A stretch of 55,884 bases of DNA from an uncultured Verrucomicrobiota bacterium (GTDB lineage Bacteria; Verrucomicrobiota; Kiritimatiellia; JAAZAB01). The notes beneath the pieces were generated by a model. It did no database searches. It was not told the DNA's origin and was given only the letters and a program-made list of their open reading frames with translations. Every line of letters begins with the position of its first letter. Positions within the stretch are counted from its first letter, which is position 1. The translations under genes were made by a program, and so were the position numbers. Positions 49,519 to 55,884 of this stretch are shown here, in pieces. Where the stretch lies: positions 1 to 55,884 of the forward strand of contig CAZEVX010000001.1 of NCBI GenBank assembly GCA_964515705.1, given 5' to 3'.

Positions 49519-52173
49519 ATGAAGATTGCCCTGCTGTTCGGTGACGCCCCGGCCGAAGGAACGATCGCCATCGCCCACGGGCGGCTGGACGGGCTGCACA
49601 CGGCCGACGGCACCACGGCCGGCGACCGGTTCGCGCTGCCGCGCGGCGGCCGGCTGGAGGTGACGGTCGCGGAGGAATCTGTCAAGCGTGGCGCCCGTGC
49701 GACGATCTGCCGCGTGCAGGCGGGCGCCGCGTCGTTCGCGGTCCTCCTGCGCGATCTTTCGGCCGCCTGCCCGGTCTGGATCCCCGAGTTTCAGGCGGCC
49801 GCCGTGCCGGCCGACGACCCACGCTCCTACGCCGAGGTTGCCGCCGCCGTCGCCGGCCGGGCCTTGGTCTCGGACTTCGCCCGGTTCGCCCACGAGCCGG
49901 AACTGGACTACGCCACCGCCGCGCAGACGACACGCCGCCAGGTGTGCCCGACCTGGCTCGGGATCGGGCGCGACCTGCGGATGTTCCGCGTCAGTTATCA
50001 GGACCGCTACGAGTACTGGGGACAGATTCAGCCGGTCTACCATACCAAGCCCCAGTCCCTCCGGCCGGTGCCCGACGATGCCGCCCGGATCGGCGACGCG
50101 CCCTATCCCTACCACATCCTCTTCGAGATCGGCCAGGGAGCGTCCTGCCGGCCGCGCTTGAGCCGCCGGCTCGAAGATGGCGTGTTGCCCATCCTGCGCG
50201 CGGTGCAGGCCGAGCAGGATGTCCGCTACGAGATCACCGCCTTTGCGACCCTCGAGCGCGGACCGCTGGCCCCCGGCGCCGTGCGCGGCTCCGACTGGCG
50301 CGCCTGCTGTCCCAATACCGGTGGCTGTATGCTGTCGCTCCAAGAGAAGGAGGTGCTCCGCGGCCTGCTCGAGCCCGAAATGCGCGGGCGCGAGCAGGAA
50401 GTCGTCCTGTGCCTGCGCATCGAGGCCGTCAACACCGGCGCGGTCCCGCGCTATGCCTGGTTCAAGGCCGCCCACGTGCGCGGCGGGCAGCCGAACCTGC
50501 CGTTCGTCAAGCTGCCCGACCGCCACGGGTTCCAGGACGGGCGGTCGCGCTTCGAGGACGCCGGCACGGTCTACGCCTTGAACCGGCTCGACGGTCAACC
50601 GCTGCCGGAAGAGGAAATGGCCGTCCTCCTGCCGCCGGGCGGGACAGCGACCTTCGACATCCTGATTCCCCATTCCCCGCTGCCGCCGGACCGCGCGGCG
50701 GCCCTGATGACCCTGGATGTCGCGGCGCACCTCGACGGCTGCCGCGCGTTCTGGCGCGCGCGCCTGGGGGCGGCCGCCGCCATCGAGGTGCCCGAGCGAC
50801 CGGTGAACGAAGCGGTCCAGGCCGGCCTGCTGCACTGCGACCTTGTCGCCCTCGGCCGCGAGCCCGACGGGCCGGTCCTGCCGACCATCGGCTGGTACTC
50901 CCCTATTGGCACCGAGAGCGCGCCGATCATCCAGTTCTTCGATTCCATGGGCTGGCACGACCTGGCGGCCCGCTGCATCCAGTTCTTCCTCGAACGCCAA
51001 CGGCCGGATGGGTTCATCCAGAACTTCGCGCGCTACGAGAGCGAGACCGGCCCGCTGCTCTGGACGCTCGGCGAACATTACCGTTATACCCGCGACGATG
51101 CCTGGCTGCGCCGCGTCCTGCCGAACGTCCGGCGGGCCGCCGATTACCTGCTCGCCTGGCGACAACGGAACCAGAAGGAGGAATACCGCGAGCAGGGCTA
51201 TTACGGCCTGATCGACGGCAAGGTGGCCGACCCGGATGATTTCTACCACTCGTTCTTCCTGAACGCCGGCACCTACCTCGGGCTCAAACGCGTCGCCGAA
51301 CTGGCGGCGCGCGAAGACCCGGACTATGCCCGTCGGCTGGCGGCCGAGGTCGCCGCGTACCGCGAGGATATCCGCGCCGCGTTCCGTTATGCCCAGGCGC
51401 GCGCCCCGGTCGTCCCCCTCGGCGACGGCTCCTGGGCGCCGCTGATGCCGCCGTGGGTCGAATACACCGGCGGCATCTCGCTCTACGCCGACGGCGGCAA
51501 CTGGTTCAGCCACGGCGCCTTCGCCTCCCGCAGCTGCCTGACTGGCCCGCTCTGGCTGATCCTCAGCGAGGTCTTTGACGCCGACGAGCCCGAGGCGGCC
51601 TTTATGCTCAAGACCAACCAGTATCCCGTCACGCTGGACAACGCCGCCCTCAGCCAGCCGTACTATTGCCGGCACGATATCGCCCATCTCCGGCGCGGCG
51701 AGGTCAACGCCTTCTTGAGGGTCTACTATAACCAGTTGACCGCGCTCCACGACCGCGAGACCTATACTTTCTGGGAACACTATTTCCACGCCAGCCAGCA
51801 CAAGACCCACGAGGAAGCCTGGTTCCTCATGCAGACCCGCTGGATGCTCTGGCGCGAAGAGGGCGAGACGCTCTGCCTGCTGAGCGGCGTGCCGCGCGCC
51901 TGGCTCGCGGACGGCCGTGAGATCCGGCTGCGCGGGGTCAAGTCCTATTTCGGTCCGCTCGCGCTGCACGTGCGCTCGGCCCTCGCCCGCGACTGCATCG
52001 AGGCCGAACTCGAATTGCCCGACCCGCCGCCGCGCGCCGTGCGCCTGCGCCTGCCCCATCCCGACGGCCGCCGCGCCCGTGCCTGCGAGGGCGGCGTCTA
52101 CGATGCCGCGGCCGAAACCGTGACCCTTGCGCCGACCGCCGGCGGCCCGGCGTGCGTCACCCTGCGCTTTTGA
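49519..52173 (+). CDS. Large cytoplasmic protein, probably a six-hairpin (alpha/alpha)6 glycosidase-like enzyme
   Basis: 884 aa with no signal peptide. The block FFLERQRPDGFIQNFARYESETGPLLWTLGEHYRYT is typical of (alpha/alpha)6-barrel glycosidases. It follows the MFS gene after 21 nt. Confidence 0.5.
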   Translation: MKIALLFGDAPAEGTIAIAHGRLDGLHTADGTTAGDRFALPRGGRLEVTVAEESVKRGARATICRVQAGAASFAVLLRDLSAACPVWIPEFQAAAVPADDPRSYAEVAAAVAGRALVSDFARFAHEPELDYATAAQTTRRQVCPTWLGIGRDLRMFRVSYQDRYEYWGQIQPVYHTKPQSLRPVPDDAARIGDAPYPYHILFEIGQGASCRPRLSRRLEDGVLPILRAVQAEQDVRYEITAFATLERGPLAPGAVRGSDWRACCPNTGGCMLSLQEKEVLRGLLEPEMRGREQEVVLCLRIEAVNTGAVPRYAWFKAAHVRGGQPNLPFVKLPDRHGFQDGRSRFEDAGTVYALNRLDGQPLPEEEMAVLLPPGGTATFDILIPHSPLPPDRAAALMTLDVAAHLDGCRAFWRARLGAAAAIEVPERPVNEAVQAGLLHCDLVALGREPDGPVLPTIGWYSPIGTESAPIIQFFDSMGWHDLAARCIQFFLERQRPDGFIQNFARYESETGPLLWTLGEHYRYTRDDAWLRRVLPNVRRAADYLLAWRQRNQKEEYREQGYYGLIDGKVADPDDFYHSFFLNAGTYLGLKRVAELAAREDPDYARRLAAEVAAYREDIRAAFRYAQARAPVVPLGDGSWAPLMPPWVEYTGGISLYADGGNWFSHGAFASRSCLTGPLWLILSEVFDADEPEAAFMLKTNQYPVTLDNAALSQPYYCRHDIAHLRRGEVNAFLRVYYNQLTALHDRETYTFWEHYFHASQHKTHEEAWFLMQTRWMLWREEGETLCLLSGVPRAWLADGREIRLRGVKSYFGPLALHVRSALARDCIEAELELPDPPPRAVRLRLPHPDGRRARACEGGVYDAAAETVTLAPTAGGPACVTLRF

Positions 52174-52231
52174 GGGACGAACATAGAAATAACACGTTGC
52201 TTTTTTCCCGGCCGCCGCCACAATCCTGTCC

Positions 52232-53278
52232 ATGCCGCGATTGCCGCGAGTGGAGTACCCCGGGGCCATCTATCACGTGACGGTGAGGATGGTCGGACAT
52301 GCTTGGGAAACAGGGGCGCGCCTTGATCCCAGAGACTGTCTGTTCCAGAACAACGCCGACCGCGCGCGCTTTCTCGATCAACTCGGCGAACGCGTAGAGG
52401 ATTTCGGCATACGCCTCTATGCCTATTGCCTGATGCTGACCCACTTTCACCTCTATCTCGAAACGCCCAAAGGCAATTTGAGTCGGTTCATGCACAGCGT
52501 GGAAACGGCGTATACCGTCTACAGCAACCTGCGGCGCGAACGCCACGGGCCGATGGTGGGCCGGTACAAGGCCAAGCCGGTGGAAGGCGACACCTACCAT
52601 CTGGCCGTGTCGCGCTACATTCACCTGAATCCGGTGCGAACCGCGGCGGCGTCGAGAATGCCGGCCGAGGAACGCAAGCAAAGGCTAGACCATTATCGGT
52701 GGAGTAGCTACCGGGCGTACGTGGCACGCGACGAGGCGCCCGCGTGGTTGCGATGCGGACCGGTCTTGGCCCTCTGCGGACGCACGCCCGGCGAGCAGCG
52801 CCGAAAGTACCGCCGGCTTGTCGAATCGGCGCTGGGCAAAACCGGGCAAGCTGGCGCGATGCCCGCCAACGCTTCGGCGCTGGCCATTGGCGGCGAAGAG
52901 TTTGCGGACTGGATCCGAGCGAAGATGATGGAACGGGGACGGCAACGCGGGAATCCACAGGACAATTGCCTGCGAGCACTTGCGGTGCATCTCCCGGTGG
53001 AGCGGGTACTGGAAGTCACGGCGAACAGGCTGGGCGTGCAGCCCGGGGCGTTCGCGGAACGCCACCGGCACTCGGACCGGCGGGGCATCGCGGTCCGGAT
53101 GCTTTGCCGGCATGCCGGCCTGACGCAGCGCCGGGCCGCCATGGCGCTAGGCATGGGGACCGGCGCCGCGGCGGGGAAACAGCTGCGGCGAATTGAACAG
53201 CGCGTGCGGACGGATCGCCGATTGCGCCAAACGGTCGATCGGATCGAGGCCGCCCTCGATGGCGAAGCAAGACGTTAA
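52232..53278 (+). CDS. IS200/RAYT-like HUH tyrosine transposase-family protein with a C-terminal DnaA-C-like HTH
   Basis: GAIYHVTVR N-terminus, HUH motif in LMLTHFHLYLE, catalytic Tyr context VSRYIHLNPVR. The C-terminal ~90 aa (RRGIAVRMLCRHAGLTQRRAAMALGMGTGAAAGKQL) resemble the DnaA domain IV HTH. Confidence 0.7.
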   Translation: MPRLPRVEYPGAIYHVTVRMVGHAWETGARLDPRDCLFQNNADRARFLDQLGERVEDFGIRLYAYCLMLTHFHLYLETPKGNLSRFMHSVETAYTVYSNLRRERHGPMVGRYKAKPVEGDTYHLAVSRYIHLNPVRTAAASRMPAEERKQRLDHYRWSSYRAYVARDEAPAWLRCGPVLALCGRTPGEQRRKYRRLVESALGKTGQAGAMPANASALAIGGEEFADWIRAKMMERGRQRGNPQDNCLRALAVHLPVERVLEVTANRLGVQPGAFAERHRHSDRRGIAVRMLCRHAGLTQRRAAMALGMGTGAAAGKQLRRIEQRVRTDRRLRQTVDRIEAALDGEARR

Positions 53279-53316
53279 GTATTAAGTTAAGGAACGTCCC
53301 TGATCCGGAAACGGCG

Positions 53317-53568
53317 ATGGCTCCCCGAAAACAATTCGAAGACTTGCGGGCCTCGGAGCTGTTCTGTCCGAAGTGCCGCGCGCTGCAGCCCGTCCGCGAG
53401 CGGCTGCTGCTGGTGCTGCCGCGGGCGGAACTCTACGACTACCGCTGCCGGGCCTGCGGGACCTCCTGCGGCTCGCGCGAGGTCACCGGCCAGCCCGCGC
53501 CGCTCGTGGCGCCCGCGGCGGCCGCCTGGCCGCCGCCCGGCCGTCCACGAGGGGCGTCCCGACGATGA
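53317..53568 (+). CDS. Small zinc-ribbon protein (83 aa)
   Basis: CPKC...N21...CRAC four-Cys ribbon. Its stop overlaps the ATG of the following MFS gene (ATGA). Confidence 0.5.
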   Translation: MAPRKQFEDLRASELFCPKCRALQPVRERLLLVLPRAELYDYRCRACGTSCGSREVTGQPAPLVAPAAAAWPPPGRPRGASRR

Positions 53569-54812
53569 TGGCCTGGCAACGCACGCTGGCCGTGGTCGGC
53601 CTGTCCCAGTTTCTGGCGATGCTGGCCTTTGCCTTCGCCATGCCCTTCGCGCCGTTCTATATCCAGTCGCTGGGCGTGACCGAGCCCGGCGCGCTCAAGC
53701 TGTGGGTGGCGCTCTTTACCGCGGCGTCGTCGCTGACCCTCGCGATCAGCGCCCCGATCTGGGGTGCGCTCGGCGACCGCTACGGGCGCCGGCTGATGCT
53801 GCTGCGCGCCAATTTCGGGGGGATGCTGGTCCTGGCGCTGATGAGCCTGGCGCCCAATGTCCAGGTCCTGGTGATGCTGCGGCTGCTGCAAGGGGTGGTC
53901 GCCGGCACGGTCAATTCCGCCCAGACCTTCGTCTCCGTCCAGTGCCCGGCAAACCGCAGCGGAACGGCCCTCGGGACGCTCAGCGCGGCGATCTTTTCCG
54001 GCCAGATGGCCGGCGCGTTCCTGGGCGGCGTGTTCGCCGAGTGGTTCGGCTACCGTCTGGCCTTCGCGGCCGCGGGAATCTTCCTGCTGGCCGCCGGGCT
54101 GCTGGTGCTGCTGGGAACGCACGAGAACTTCGAGCGGCCGGAAGAGCCGCCGGCCGCCGTCGCCACCCGAGACGGGCGATTCCACGCCCTGTGGGGCAAA
54201 CTCGGGCCGGCGCTGCCGATCCTGGCGCTGATGGCGGCGATGGGCTTCGTACGGCTCTTCGACGGCGCCTGGGTCCCGCTGCTGGTGCAGGAGTTGCACG
54301 GAAAGCTGGAGGGCGCCGCCCTGCGGACCGGCGCGCTGGCGGCGGTCGGAGGAATCGCCGGGTTCCTGGCGGCGCCGATCCTCGGGCGCGCGGCGGACCG
54401 CATCGCACCGCCGCGCATCGGTATCCTCTCGGCGCTTGGCGCCGGAGTGATGGCGACGGTGGTGGCCACGGCGCGCGGGTTTCCCCAGCTCTTCGCCGGG
54501 CGCTTCGGGACCACCTTCTGCGCCGGCGGTTTGGACCCGGTCTTTCACATCTGGCTGGCTAAAACCACGCCGACCCAGTCCCGCGGCCTGATCTTCGGCT
54601 GGGCGGTGACCGCCAAGTCGATTGGCTGGATGGCGGCGCCGCTGGTCAGCGGCTGGGCGGCCTGGCGCTGGGGCTTGCGGGCGGTCTTTTTCGCGAACGC
54701 CGGCTGCTACCTGCTGCTGATCCCGGTCATCGCCGGGATCGTGCACTGGCTGCCGGCGGGCGGGGAACCGGCGCGCCCGGTCGGGCGCCGGGAGGCGCGG
54801 AGCACCCCATGA
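53565..54812 (+). CDS. MFS transporter (paralog 2)
   Basis: It shares long identical blocks with paralog 1: PIWGALGDRYGRR, LRANFGGMLVLALM, FCAGGLDPVF, SRGLIFGWAVTAKSIGWM. Confidence 0.8.
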   Translation: MMAWQRTLAVVGLSQFLAMLAFAFAMPFAPFYIQSLGVTEPGALKLWVALFTAASSLTLAISAPIWGALGDRYGRRLMLLRANFGGMLVLALMSLAPNVQVLVMLRLLQGVVAGTVNSAQTFVSVQCPANRSGTALGTLSAAIFSGQMAGAFLGGVFAEWFGYRLAFAAAGIFLLAAGLLVLLGTHENFERPEEPPAAVATRDGRFHALWGKLGPALPILALMAAMGFVRLFDGAWVPLLVQELHGKLEGAALRTGALAAVGGIAGFLAAPILGRAADRIAPPRIGILSALGAGVMATVVATARGFPQLFAGRFGTTFCAGGLDPVFHIWLAKTTPTQSRGLIFGWAVTAKSIGWMAAPLVSGWAAWRWGLRAVFFANAGCYLLLIPVIAGIVHWLPAGGEPARPVGRREARSTP

Positions 54813-55696
54813 GCGGCGAACCCGAAGGCGCAACGCACACGCTGGCCTGGAACGGGTTTTCGTTCGAGGTACCCGCCGACTGGAACCTCTCGGACTACGC
54901 CCAGCGGTCAGATATTTCCCGCCTGCGTCTCCAGGACGACACGGCCCTGCGGCTCGAACTCGAGTGGCGCCGCACGCGGACGCCCATGGACGCCCACGGG
55001 ATCGGCCGCCGTTACGCCGTCCAAGCCGAGGGCATCCTCCGCGAGGGCGCGACGGTAGCGCTGGCGGCCGGCCTGCCGCCGGGCTGGGCGGCGTATCTAT
55101 ACTCGATGACCGACGGCCGGCGCTTGCTGACCGCCTTCTGGGTGGCGCCTGGCGGCCGGTTTTTCGCGTTTTTCCGGCTGCACTTCGCGGCCGCCAGCCG
55201 CCGCGAGCCGCTGCGCATGATCCGCCGCTTGGCGGCGGGATTCCGCCTGCACGATGAGCCGGTCGTGCCCTGGGCGGTGTACGACATCGCCTTCCGTCTA
55301 AACCGCGAGTTCCGCCTGGTAAGCACGGCGTTTCAGGCTGGCCGCAAGATGCTGGCCTTCGAGTGGCGACTGCGGCGGTTCTTTCTCTGGTATGTGTCGC
55401 TGCCGGATCTCTTCCTCAACGGCCGCGCGCCGGAAGCCCGCTGTGCCGAGTTCCTCAACGCCGGCCGGGATATCCGCGGCGTGTTGTTCGAGCCGGGACA
55501 CGACGGCGCGATTCGCGCGCGCCATACCTGGCGGCGTCCTTTCGGCCACGGCGAGGCCCTGGCGCGCGCCTGCTTCCGCTACCAGGCCCGTTGCCGGCTG
55601 CTGCCGGAGAAACGGCAGTTGGCGCTGTGGGTCTTTCATTACCGCCGCGCGGCCGACCTCGCCTGGCTGCACGTCGATGTGGACGACGGCGTCTGA
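54809..55696 (+). CDS. Hypothetical protein (295 aa), translationally coupled to MFS paralog 2
   Basis: ATGA overlap with the MFS stop. GC3 is coding-like. No family is recognised. Confidence 0.5.
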   Translation: MSGEPEGATHTLAWNGFSFEVPADWNLSDYAQRSDISRLRLQDDTALRLELEWRRTRTPMDAHGIGRRYAVQAEGILREGATVALAAGLPPGWAAYLYSMTDGRRLLTAFWVAPGGRFFAFFRLHFAAASRREPLRMIRRLAAGFRLHDEPVVPWAVYDIAFRLNREFRLVSTAFQAGRKMLAFEWRLRRFFLWYVSLPDLFLNGRAPEARCAEFLNAGRDIRGVLFEPGHDGAIRARHTWRRPFGHGEALARACFRYQARCRLLPEKRQLALWVFHYRRAADLAWLHVDVDDGV

Positions 55697-55884
55697 CCGG
55701 GAATCGCCCGGCGGCGGCCGGCATCCCCGCCCGCGTCCTGAATGCCGGCGGCGGCGGACAGACCCCCGCCCTGGCGCGCGCCCGGTGCAAGCGGGCCGTG
55801 CTGGCGGAACGCCCGCGGCGTGGGATCATCCAGTTCGGGATCAACGCCGCCGCCCCCAAAACTACGGGAGTTGCGCCTGCCCCT

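Noticed and set aside
48802-52269. 1155-aa minus-strand ORF, antisense to MFS paralog 1 and the 884-aa gene
   Set aside because: The reasoning is the same: low-complexity translation, and it overlaps better-supported genes on the other strand.
52174-53301. Possible terminal inverted repeats of the HUH cassette (GGGACG at 52174-52179 versus CGTCCC at 53296-53301)
   Set aside because: Only 6 nt match, which is easily chance in this composition. IS200-type elements use subterminal hairpins rather than TIRs.

Overview
This is a high-GC bacterial chromosomal segment. Most 60-nt lines I hand-counted are about 57-75% G+C. It is densely coding on both strands and looks origin-proximal. It carries dnaA-dnaN (minus strand, 34.9-37.6 kb) flanked by AT-richer spacers, tRNA-Lys(CTT), mnmE-mnmG, rpmI-rplT and tatC. 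The other content is as follows. (1) Carbohydrate-active genes: a CBM9-like protein, heparinase II/III-like, GH106-like, GH116-like and a six-hairpin-like protein. (2) A eukaryote-type (GT3) glycogen synthase divergent from a PAS histidine kinase and sigma54-activator pair. (3) A porin-like outer-membrane protein followed by ECF-type Ni/Co uptake genes (CbiM-PDGLE, CbiQ, CbiO). (4) A radical SAM/SPASM gene with a small Cys-containing partner. (5) A giant GT-C (GT39-like) membrane protein, three tandem GT4 genes, a rhomboid protease and AMMECR1. (6) Two paralogous MFS transporters separated by an IS200/RAYT-like HUH gene. The most unusual signal is an AT-rich valley of roughly 3-4 kb (down to about 35% GC). 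Its edges lie inside the intact mnmE and glycogen synthase ORFs, and near its centre sit two perfect parS palindromes embedded in-frame in mnmG. Secondary signals are recurring leaderless-type promoters (-10 box 6-8 nt before the ATG), an AT-rich Fur-box-like island in front of the metal-uptake operon, a MITE/sRNA-like inverted-repeat element, a G10 tract in the rpmI leader and a frame-shifting heptamer repeat. I saw no CRISPR array, rRNA, prophage or recognisable defence module. A PVC-superphylum-like origin is only a guess from gene content. All family calls are motif recognition by eye and no searches were run.
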